From Naegleria gruberi (taxonomy: Eukaryota): a stretch of 64,000 bases of DNA. The notes under the pieces were generated by a model. It was not told the DNA's origin. It did not search any database and saw only the letters and a program-made list of their open reading frames with translations. A program made the translations under genes and the position numbers. This document shows positions 55,284 through 64,000 of this stretch, piece by piece (position 1 is the first letter of the stretch; every line of letters starts with the position of its first letter). The DNA is taken from the NCBI GenBank assembly GCA_000004985.1, contig GG738875.1; one strand, given 5' to 3'.

Positions 55284-55693
55284 TTATGTGAATGAGAAAC
55301 CTTGGCATGGGAAGGATAGTGAAATTTATGTTCGATCGACATGATATTATTAATCTCTTCAAACTTCAAAATGGTACACGATTCCGATAACCTCTCATAT
55401 GAATTTTAAATTTGTCGAACAGGGCATCGTGCTGCTGTAGGGGAAGGATTGTGATCAATGAGAGAAATGATCACACAACAACACTCTGAATCATCGTTTT
55501 GCATTTTTTTTATTTAAATTTGCTTATTGTAAAGGCACTAATACAAACTTCTTTTCAGAATGTTGAATGTTACTAGCTAGTCAAAGTTTCAAGCATTACA
55601 TATGCAACACTCATAAACTTAGCAACAAAATTTTGAGATGATGCCAAACTTGAGAATGTTGGTAAAAAGATAAAAGACTACAGCACCACAGGT

Positions 55694-55834
55694 TCCCAAG
55701 TTGTCTCCAACCTCAGTACTGATGTGGCTCGACGATAAAAGACTACAGCACCACAGGTTGCTTAACTTCTCAAATCGGACGGGATGAGGTGCATTCATCG
55801 TGATATGGCCGTAGCCATTTATAACCTTAAATAG
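55694..55834 (-). rRNA. Second 5S rRNA copy with an internal 23-nt duplication; variant or pseudogene.
   Basis: It is identical to the 47672-47789 copy except for one substitution near the 5' end (GGCTACGG versus GACTACGG). An inserted aaaagactacagcaccacaggtt also repeats the gene's own 3'-terminal 23 nt between ...gctcgacgat and gcttaac.... Both copies share about 25 nt of 5' and 3' flank. Confidence 0.6.
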
Positions 55835-56065
55835 TGAAATATGAATCAGTTCAACAATTGAAATTGATAACTTTTTGAAATTTAATATATGGGAGCTTCT
55901 ATATGAAACTAAATAACAAACCCATCACGTACCCTGTTGACAGTGATTAAACGCTTGGCAGTGTATTTTTCTTGTAATTTAGCAAAAGATGTTTGCAACG
56001 TTTTGTAATAAAATAATACGATAAGACAAGATAGTATAAATAAAATATTTTTATCATGAATGATA

Positions 56066-56123
56066 TCCCGTGTAGTCCAATGGCTAGGATACCTGGCTTT
56101 CACCCAGGAGGTCCGGGTTCAAT
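56066..56123 (+). pseudogene. 3'-truncated tRNA-Glu(TTC)-like sequence.
   Basis: TCCCGTG-TA-GTCC-AATGGCTA-GGAT-A-CCTGG-CTTTCAC-CCAGG-AGGT-CCGGG-TTCAAT follows the tRNA-Glu pattern through the T-loop. The 3' T-stem and acceptor strand (expected CCCGG..CACGGGA) are replaced by GGGAGGATATTTTTG. Confidence 0.45.
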
Positions 56124-56189
56124 GGGAGGATATTTTTGTTTTTCAACACGCAAAATCAAATAATAAAATGTTCATTTATTAAAATTATC

Positions 56190-58289
56190 CTAGACCTTCA
56201 TTTTGGGTAAAATGCTTAGCTCCTTTTCCAATTGTTTCTCATATGATGCTTGGAAACGAGTGTAATTATCCAACATGTTGTGTTCACAAGCTGTTTGAAT
56301 TCTATCAAATATTTCAGGAGTGATGGCAAAGAGGAAACTCATATCTTGTGGATTTGTGGAAGTTTGCTTTGGAGAAATATTCAATTTTGGAGAAGGTGAA
56401 ACATTTCCATTTTTAGAAGCAAAATTAATGGTACTGTCTTTTAGGGATTTGAAGATTTTCTCAATTTCTGGAATTCCAAAATCCTTTCTTGAAATGTTCA
56501 ATTCAAGAGGAGCTCCAATTCGAATATAAGTATTACAAATATTGTAAAATAATTCTCTTCTTTGTTTTTCTGATTTGATTGTTTTGAATTTCTCAATGGC
56601 ATTCCACATCATGACATCTTCACATGCAAAACATTTTTCTGAGAATTTCAGAAAGAGATTATTCCACTTTTCATTCAGTAAAATCTTTCGAATGCTACTT
56701 TCAGAAGGTTTCGAATGTTGAAGTTTAGAATCAACTGATGGAGTGCTTTCTGTATGTTGTTTCTTGTCAGATTTGAATCTTTGAAGGAAGAATACAGGAT
56801 ACGTGAATGAAATTAATGTATCCCACATATTTCCAATTAAAATTGTAATCGTCCATGGGAAATAATAATCAATACTTTACAAAATATTACAATTATTATT
56901 CTAATCTCAGATATATATTACTTACTAGGTTGTAAAAATAGTGAATAAAGAAGGCACAGCATACAATACAATAAAAAAAACCCATCCAAATATCACAACA
57001 ATAACCTCAATCTTAATATGCCAAACATCTCTCTTGGTAAAGAATGAAAACAATAACAGTAAAACTCCAATAAATCCATAAAAGGCAAAATAACTAATGA
57101 AAATATTTTGATTGTAAGATCCAGTTCCACATCCAGATGGTGAAAATAAATAACTATCAATTGTAAAGCTATTTCTCGAATTGCTTGATGCACCTCCAGT
57201 ATTTTGAAAATTGAAATAGTCAATTGTGCCAATAATTAGGAAAATTAAAATGTGTAGAGCTAGTAATAATCCATAATAAATGAAAATAAATTTGGAGCTC
57301 ACTAGAAATCTCATAATGGAAATTAATTTGCCTCTTTCGAATGATTCTAATAGAGTTTCTTTTCTGAAAATCATTTCGTCTTCAAGTGGTTTGTCAGTTG
57401 TGATATCTTTTGGTTCGATTGTGAATTGTGACATAATGCTTGAAGTTCTGCCAACTGTCAATGCTGACAATGAGGTTCTATTGGTAGCTTTCAATAATCC
57501 AGATGAGCTAGAAACACTGCTTGTTTCTGAATGAACTTTCAATTCTTTCATTTCAGTGTCAGTTGTCAATGGGTTGTTGGCAGATGGAGGAGTATTATTC
57601 AATGTTTCCAATATATCCAAACTCACATTTGCATCCATAAGTGGTTTCATATTTTCTGATGATGTTGTTGCATGCAAGTCATATTGTCTCTTTCCAATCC
57701 TCACTTTCAATTCGTTCAGTTTGGTCAATACCAACAATCTAATACATCTCAATATGACAGTATTCGAAAGTGCAGGCACAGCCAAATAATAGATTAGTGA
57801 AAATATGAAACATGGATAAATCTTTCGTCCAATTAACACTCTAGTCATTAATACGAAAGTATAGGTCCATCCAATAATTGCTCCCATGACCATCAATGCT
57901 GGATTCCTGGCAACCTGCAAATAATTCACAACTTGTTTGTGTTCCTTTTGGAGAATATGCAACATTCTCAATTTATAAACTAAACCTCCAACCGAAACTA
58001 ATAACAAACATGTGTGAATAAAGAGGATAATTGCTGAAATAACAACAGCTGATGTGGTATCATCACACAATCCCTTCTCACTCTTGTTTCCTTGTGAAAG
58101 GAGGAGTGGATGACAAACTGTGCTGTCATTATACATGTTGGTAGAGTTGACTATTAGTGAGGTGTTGATATTGAGCGTTGTGTGGATGTTGAAAATGGGC
58201 ACATGCATGTTGGTGACATGGAACGTCAACGTGGATAAAAATCCATCAAACATGCCATTTGTCTCTTCGGAATGAGCATTCAAATCCAT
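56190..58289 (-). CDS. Seven-transmembrane receptor-like protein with a C-terminal RGS domain (7TM-RGS), paralog 1: complement(join(56190..56874,56926..58289)).
   Basis: Track ORF 56925-58304 has six hydrophobic helices and ends ...SLFTIFTT then tag. A GTAAGT donor sits two nt into that stop codon. A 51-nt intron (56875-56925) then joins in frame to YIDYYFPWTITILIGNMWDTLISFTYPVFFLQRFKS (helix 7). This runs into track ORF 56190-56828, whose RGS domain is ILLNEKWNNLFLKFSEKCFACEDVMMWNAIEKFK...ELFYNICNTYIRIGAPLELNI...ACEHNMLDNYTRFQAS. The real ATG is 58289 (cttgaaaATG). Confidence 0.7.
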
Positions 58290-58535
58290 TTTCAAGTTGG
58301 CCAATTGAAAAAGGTGATATGAGTTGATTAGTTTTTTTTTCTTCTTTAAAATTGTTATGGTTCACCATTGAGCGACTTTGTCCTCTCAATGAAAGTGAAC
58401 CTTGATTGTGAAATCTTGATAAAATTTATTTGGGAATCTGATTTCTAATTTGTGCTATTCCATTAGTGGCCCTGAAAAACTATTCGAAAGAAGACTATTA
58501 GTTGTAGATTGGTAGAGTTGAATGTTGGTTGTTTA

Positions 58536-60536
58536 TTACACTTTAAGCTTGGCTACGATATCCAATTCCTTTTCCAATTGTTTCTCATACGATGCTTGGA
58601 AACGAGTATAATTATCCAACATGTTGTGTTCACAAGCAGTTTGAATCTTGTTGAATATTTCAGATGTTATTGAGAATAACAAATTATTTGGGTCAACCTT
58701 TGCATTGTTATTCGAAACCTTTGGAGAAACATTTCCATTCTTTGAGGCAAAATTAATGTTACTCTCCTTTAATGCATGATAAATGTCCATAATTTCTGGA
58801 ATTCCAAAATCCTTTCTTGAAATGTTTAATTCAAGAGGAGCTCCAATTCGAATATATGTATTACAAATATTGTAAAATAATTCTCTTCTTTGTTTTTCTG
58901 ATTTGATTGCTTTGAATTTCTCAATGGCATTCCACATCATGACATCTTCACATGAGAAGGATTTCTCTGCGAATTTCAGAAAGAGATTATTCCACTTTTC
59001 ATTCAGTAAAATCTTTCGAATACTACTCTCACCAGAAATATTTACACTGGAAACTGAAGGATTGGTCGAGAGAGCTGGTTCAATGGAATTACCCTCTGAC
59101 TTGTTTGATTTGAATCTTTGAAGCACAAAAACTGGATAACTGAATGAAATGAGTGTATCCCACATGCATCCAATTAAAATTGTAATTGTCCATGGGAAAT
59201 AATAATCAACACTTTAAAATGTTAAGTTATCAAAACTTAATGATACCTACTATGTGGTAATAATTGTAAATAAGGAAGGAATACTAAAAGCAAGAACAAT
59301 AGCAGCCCAAAACAAGTTAATAATCACAACTTCAATCTTAATATTCCACACGTCTCTCTTTGCAAAAAAGGCAATTATGGATAGTAAAATTCCAATTAAT
59401 CCATAAAAGCAAAAGTAGCTAATGAATATATATTGATTGTAAGCTCCAACTCCACATCCAGATGGTGAAAATAAATAACTATCAATTGTAAAACTATTTC
59501 TCTTTTGATTTGTTTTTACAGAAGTATCATTTTGATAATTGAAATAGTCAATAATGGCAATGATAAAGTAAATGCTCAAGTGAAATCCAATGACCACAAC
59601 ATAGCTCAATAAAACAAATTTGGAGCTCACGAGAAATCTCATGATGGAAAGTAATTTTCCTCTTTCGAATGATTCTAATAGAGTTTCCTTTCTGAAAATC
59701 ATTTCCTCTTCCACATTATTTTCATCATCATCTGCATTACTATCCTTAGGTTCAATTACAAATTGTGAGAGAATACCTGAAGTTCTGCCAACTGTTAATG
59801 CTGACAAATTTGTACTGTTCTGATTTCCAGCTAAACTACTATTCGAAATGGATAAACTATCAAGAGACGTAACTGTTTCCAATTCCTTTTCCACTTGATT
59901 TTGTGAAATATTCGTGTTTTCCTCAATCATGGATTTCATATTGTCCGATGATGTTGTTGCATGCAAATAATATTGTCTCCTTCCAATCCTCACTTTCAAT
60001 TCGTTCAGTTTCGTCAATATCAACAATCGAATACATCTCATAATAATAGTATTCGAAAGTGCAGGAATAGCAATAAAATAGATTAGTGAAAATATGAAAC
60101 ATGGATAAACCTTTCGTCCAATTAACACTCTCCCCATCAACATGAACGTATAAGACCATCCAATCAGTGCTCCAATTACCATTAATAATGGATTCCTTGC
60201 AACCTGCAAATAATTCACAACTTGTTTTTGTTTCTTCTTTAAAACATGCAACTTTCTCAATTTATAAACTAAACCTCCAACCGAAACCAAAACGAGCATT
60301 GTGTGAAGAAACAAAACAATGGCAGAAATTACTGTGGAAGAGGTCATGTCATCACACAATCCCTTCTCACTCCTATTTCCAAGAGCTAATAGGAGAGGAT
60401 GACACACAGCACTATCATTGTATTTGTTATAGGTATTGTTGTTGTTAATGGTGATGGAATCGTTGGAAAGAGTTTCGAATATGTTGTAGGAAAGAGATGT
60501 AATGACATCAGCATGTGGTTGGTGGTGAAAGGACAT
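58536..60536 (-). CDS. 7TM-RGS protein, paralog 2: complement(join(58536..59211,59251..60536)).
   Basis: Same architecture as paralog 1. A GTAGGT donor inside the tag stop of the 7TM ORF and a 39-nt intron (59212-59250) give ...SLFTIITT-Y-VDYYFPWTITILIGCMWDTLISFSYPVFVLQRFKS and the RGS domain. The bridging peptide differs from paralog 1 by 2 of 15 residues, although the ORF track treats it as intergenic. Confidence 0.7.
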
Positions 60537-61070
60537 TTGATGACGTTTTTCGCTGTTGCTATTTCAAATGCGAGCTCACACGCCAAGGTTCAAGTCGTTA
60601 CGAAACTAAACTAATCTCTCCAAGTTGTGAGTTGTTTTCTTTTTGTTTAGTTTTGCACCACGACATGCAACAATGAACCTGAATGTTGTGGCCGCTACTT
60701 TCCAATCATGAAATTGCAAAAGCCACAGATGGAATATCGGAACAGCACACAACGTTTGAAGTTGCGACACAGAGTTGACTGATAACATATTGCCATCACA
60801 GCCTAGTGGTGAACCATGTCTAAATAAGGTGGATTTTGGTTCCATTTTGATTAAAGTATTTTAGAAATTATTAGAAAGAAGTGAACCTTGATGGAGGAAC
60901 TGAGTACAATTTATATTTGCTCTTGTAAACGTTTAGGATTCCGACTGTAGTTTACATTAGAAAAGTATGTGATTAGAAAATAAAGCCGATCACAATTTTC
61001 TTTCATCTTTCGCTTTTTGTTTCTCCATTAAGGAAGTAACTAGAACTTCATAATTGGTAAAATTCCCAAC

Positions 61071-61110
61071 TCCTCCAATTATTTCTCATACGATGCTTGG
61101 AAACGAGTGT
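61071..61110. repeat. Third fragment matching the extreme 3' end of the RGS genes.
   Basis: ccaattatttctcatacgatgcttggaaacgagtg matches 56225-56262 and 58572-58609 (ccaattgtttctcatacgatgcttggaaacgagt), the minus-strand ...YEKQLEKE end of the RGS ORFs. There is no adjoining ORF. Confidence 0.45.
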
Positions 61111-61207
61111 TTCAAATACGATCACTTTTTCAATCTCATCGTTAATGAAAACAAGAATAGAAAACTTCCCAAAGTGATTTTAAAAAAAAACAAAGAAACC
61201 TTATAAT

Positions 61208-61663
61208 ATGATTAATCTAGAGTGTGAAGTTGCACCTCTCTTGAGAAAGTTCATGTATCTTGCCAATATTATGGTGGCAGGATATGTGGCTTGTTTCGCT
61301 CTATTCTTTCCTCAACAGGCACAATCTGAACTCTTCTATGGGAATTCACTTACTGATGATGGAAGTACCATTGCAGTAATGATTGTTGGATGTCATTGGA
61401 TGGCCATTGTCATCATTTCAATGTTGGGATTGTTCTTTCCATTACAATGTTCCATCGTTTTCGTTCATCAATTGATTTATAAGAGTTTGTACTTGTTGTT
61501 GGTTGCCTTGCCTGCCATGTGGATGAAGAGAGAGGTGCCTCAACCCATGACCACACTCTTTGCTATTTGGGTGTTGTTGTTGCCTTTGGTCATTCCATGG
61601 CATTACTTGTTTCACAGTGAAGATAATATTTCAGCAAAACCTGTTTCAACAAAACAAGAATAA
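61208..61663 (+). CDS. Small hydrophobic protein of 151 aa, about four transmembrane helices.
   Basis: ORF with hydrophobic stretches (ANIMVAGYVACFALFF, IAVMIVGCHWMAIVIISMLGLFF, LYLLLVALPAMW, LFAIWVLLLPLVIPW). No family assigned. Confidence 0.35.
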   Translation: MINLECEVAPLLRKFMYLANIMVAGYVACFALFFPQQAQSELFYGNSLTDDGSTIAVMIVGCHWMAIVIISMLGLFFPLQCSIVFVHQLIYKSLYLLLVALPAMWMKREVPQPMTTLFAIWVLLLPLVIPWHYLFHSEDNISAKPVSTKQE

Positions 61664-61719
61664 TAAACATAATAAACAAACAAACTGTAGGGCAAAAACC
61701 CATTCCTTAATACCAAAAA

Positions 61720-64000
61720 ATGCGCAAGCTTACCCACACTGTATTAAAATCACATTCTTCTGCAGTGATTAATGCTCGCAAAGTGCCCTCTATCATCAAA
61801 TCAAATAATATTTTGAATGTTTCATGGCATCCATGGAAAGCTTTTCAAACAACAAGTCCTTGGCAAAATCAATCCTTCACACGGGACGGTTCTTCGGTTC
61901 TTGGGGGAAAGCCACCAACAGAGACAACAGACAACAAATCCATCATCACCCTAGCATTGAAAGACTTTGACACCTGGTCGGTTGCACAAGTATCTGCTGT
62001 GTTGATGTTGAGCAAACAGGAAGGGGGTATCGGTTTGTCCGAGGAGAAGATCAAACCACTCTATGATTCTGCTTTTGATGGACTGGCTCTGAGCTATATT
62101 GCAACAGGTATTAAGGGAAATAGATTAGAAGGAAAGAGTGAAATCAGTTGTATCGAACATACCATCAAGACAATTACAAACAGTAAGGACTTTGCTTCAG
62201 TGCCGAAAACTACTTGCACAACTGTTGTTGAATGGGTTGCTACCAAGTTGACACCTAAACCATATAGGTTGTGGAACACTCAAGAGTTAGATGATTTTCT
62301 TAGCAAACCAAAAGCCGAGGGAGGTGCTGGATTGAGTGATGAGTCCGTGGTCTACCTCCATCGTGCCAAAATCGACAACCTAACACTTGCCCGAATTGTT
62401 ACTGTCATTAAGGAAGAAAGAATGAAAGGCCTTACAGAAGAAGAATGTATTGAGCTTGCCACAAAGATAATGACAAGCGATAAGGACTTTGCTTTAGTAC
62501 CAGAATCTACTTGTAAAGCTGTCACTGAGTGGGTTGCTGCCAAGTTGGCTCGAAAGGCTGATGAGAGAGGTACTTTCATTAACATACCCTCCGATTTGCT
62601 TGGTCATTGGAAGCGCCAGTTGGGAGGAGAAATATCTGAAGGTTTGAGAAAGGAAAGAACAAATGCAAAATATGACTACCTCCGTAATTTACATGATCCA
62701 ACAAACATGAAAAAACTGGAAAATTTCATTGGAACATATATTGATCTTCCTGTCTTTGGAAAGGAAGATAGTGATTTATCTCCAAAAGACTTTGATCCAA
62801 ATGATAAATTTCTTTTAACTCAGCAACGATTTGATATACTGAAAAAGGTTGTGAATGGAAGCACTGGATTGGTTTTATCAGGTCCTCATGGAATTTCAAA
62901 GTCATACACACTTTATCTAATAGCTGCCTATGCCTTTGTAAATTCCATTCCAGCACTCTATGTTCCAAAGTGTCGTTCCTGGCTCAGCACTTTCAACATA
63001 GATAAGGAAGTTGGTGCCAATAACTACTTGCGTAGATTGTTCTTTTCGCTGAATAGTGACATTCTTTCTACGACCCAAATTATGGAATTACAGAAATCAA
63101 GAAATGTGGTCGAACATTTGAGCACCCATATTGGAGATAAGGGATCTATGTTCTATTTGTTTGATGAACACAATGAATTATTCAGACCTGACTATTACAA
63201 TAAGATTCCTGCTTCTTTTGCTTATTTTCAAGATTTTATCAGATGGACAGGAGTTACATCAGGGAATTACACAGTTACTATCTATTGTGGAAGTGCTCAT
63301 AGCTCCTTCGAAGACCATTTACCAGGAGGAGAAAGAGGAAGGGTAGTTAGAATCACTCCTCCAACAATGACAGAATTTGAACAACTTGTTTCAGCTGTGG
63401 GTTTGAATCCAAAGGATAAAAGAATAGCTCATGTAACAGGAAGAATTCCAAGAGAGTTGAAATACTTGGCTGACCATTTGAAAGGTAAAAAGGGTACTGA
63501 TGAAGATTTCAACCATTTTATCACAGTAAGGCAGGGAGAATATGCTTCTAGATTGCGCTCATTAGTTAACAAAATGGACAAAGAGGAGAATGATGAGTTT
63601 TTAAAAACACTTGAAGATCTTTTTACTCTGGGTCTTTTCGATGGAAGACCTTGCACTGTTTCAGGAAATGTTTACGATATGGGTTTACTATACAAGGATT
63701 CTGATCAAAACCTTTATATTATTAATGATCCAGCAAATAGATGCTTATTCCATCACTACTGCAGCAAAGTTGACATGCCACACATACCCAAGAATATTTC
63801 TGTTTCACAGAAAGGAGCACTGTTTGAAAAATACTTGTTAAGACGAGAGTATGGACTTTGTAAACATTTGGATGGAAAATTCTATGTAACAAACAAGTTG
63901 AGTACAACCACAACATCCACCTTATCATATGAAGTTAACGAACATGCAAGTTTGGATCTAAAGGATTTACATTCCCTCAATCGAAGAAACTATTTGCGGG
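61720..64000 (+). CDS. Partial gene of more than 760 aa with three N-terminal SAM-like repeat modules and a P-loop NTPase domain. It continues beyond the window end and is absent from the ORF track.
   Basis: A continuous stop-free frame runs from the ATG at 61720 (ccaaaaaATG) to the window end. Repeats KDFDTWSVAQVSAVLMLSKQEGGIGLSEEKIKPLYDSAFDGLAL, KDFASVPKTTCTTVVEWVATKL...LWNTQELDDFLSKPKAEGGAGLSDESVVYLHRAKIDNLTL and KDFALVPESTCKAVTEWVAAKL... are SAM-like. The Walker A LVLSGPHGISKSYTL is followed by MFYLFDEHNEL, a Walker-B-like hhhhDE. Confidence 0.65.
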   Translation, partial: MRKLTHTVLKSHSSAVINARKVPSIIKSNNILNVSWHPWKAFQTTSPWQNQSFTRDGSSVLGGKPPTETTDNKSIITLALKDFDTWSVAQVSAVLMLSKQEGGIGLSEEKIKPLYDSAFDGLALSYIATGIKGNRLEGKSEISCIEHTIKTITNSKDFASVPKTTCTTVVEWVATKLTPKPYRLWNTQELDDFLSKPKAEGGAGLSDESVVYLHRAKIDNLTLARIVTVIKEERMKGLTEEECIELATKIMTSDKDFALVPESTCKAVTEWVAAKLARKADERGTFINIPSDLLGHWKRQLGGEISEGLRKERTNAKYDYLRNLHDPTNMKKLENFIGTYIDLPVFGKEDSDLSPKDFDPNDKFLLTQQRFDILKKVVNGSTGLVLSGPHGISKSYTLYLIAAYAFVNSIPALYVPKCRSWLSTFNIDKEVGANNYLRRLFFSLNSDILSTTQIMELQKSRNVVEHLSTHIGDKGSMFYLFDEHNELFRPDYYNKIPASFAYFQDFIRWTGVTSGNYTVTIYCGSAHSSFEDHLPGGERGRVVRITPPTMTEFEQLVSAVGLNPKDKRIAHVTGRIPRELKYLADHLKGKKGTDEDFNHFITVRQGEYASRLRSLVNKMDKEENDEFLKTLEDLFTLGLFDGRPCTVSGNVYDMGLLYKDSDQNLYIINDPANRCLFHHYCSKVDMPHIPKNISVSQKGALFEKYLLRREYGLCKHLDGKFYVTNKLSTTTTSTLSYEVNEHASLDLKDLHSLNRRNYLR

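Noticed and set aside
56190-56828. RGS-domain ORFs (and 58536-59165) as independent genes starting at MWDT.
   Set aside because: A conserved in-frame exon upstream of the Met, reachable from a donor inside the stop of the upstream ORF in both paralogs, argues for one 7TM-RGS gene. This remains inference without transcripts.
1-64000. CRISPR arrays, prokaryotic operons, and mobile-element ORFs (transposase or reverse transcriptase).
   Set aside because: None found. No direct-repeat/spacer arrays and no transposase- or RT-like ORFs. All genes show eukaryotic features (introns, A-rich ATG context).

Overview
This window is eukaryotic nuclear DNA. By eye it is AT-rich, roughly one-third GC, and very compact: about 35 protein-coding genes in 64 kb, with stop codons of convergent genes only 1-10 bp apart and a 58-bp divergent promoter region.

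Genes carry short spliceosomal introns of about 40-70 nt with GTAAGT...AG ends. True start codons sit in an A-rich context (aaaaATG). Many proteins have Asn/Gln/Ser-rich low-complexity tracts. This is the style of a compact amoebozoan or dictyostelid-like protist genome; I cannot name the species.

The six-frame track evidently counts TTG/GTG/CTG as starts, so several of its 'M' residues are not real ATGs. It also omits ORFs that run off the window edges. Three 50-N scaffold gaps are present at 31532-31581, 34601-34650 and 50144-50193.

The ordinary content is regulatory and signalling genes: a protein with a Rho GTPase-activating (RhoGAP) domain and two LIM zinc-finger domains, three MYND zinc-finger proteins, a SAM-domain protein, an actin-related protein, an Asn-rich C2H2 zinc-finger transcription factor, an F-box/leucine-rich-repeat protein and five more F-box or F-box-like proteins. 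There are also several unusual multidomain genes, which are the points of interest.

1. A 7-kb ubiquitin-system neighbourhood: a ubiquitin-like plus TerD fusion, a small ubiquitin-like protein, a tandem-ThiF E1 activating enzyme, a USP deubiquitinase that can be spliced in frame onto the E1, and an A20 zinc finger plus F-box gene.
2. A single-chain Rab-like GTPase, DUF4116-like repeats and a protein kinase, with a separate DUF4116 repeat gene 4 kb away.
3. A protein with an N-terminal BTB-like region and a C-terminal Arf-like GTPase domain.
4. An F-box protein carrying a degenerate Ras-like pseudo-GTPase domain.
5. Two tandem paralogous genes in which a seven-transmembrane receptor-like region is followed by an RGS (regulator of G-protein signalling) domain. 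Their seventh helix lies in a short conserved exon that the ORF track split off. A third 3' fragment lies nearby.
6. A protein with SAM-like repeats and a P-loop NTPase domain running off the right edge.
7. A secreted protein with atypical amino-acid composition that may be horizontally acquired.

RNA polymerase III genes are also present: two dispersed 5S rRNA genes, one with an internal 23-nt duplication; an intact tRNA-Ile(AAT); and two truncated tRNA-like fragments. A small segmental duplication involves the tRNA-Ile flank and the 3' end of a gene.

Several genes need frameshifts that no GT-AG intron can supply, so draft-level indel errors, or pseudogenisation, are likely.
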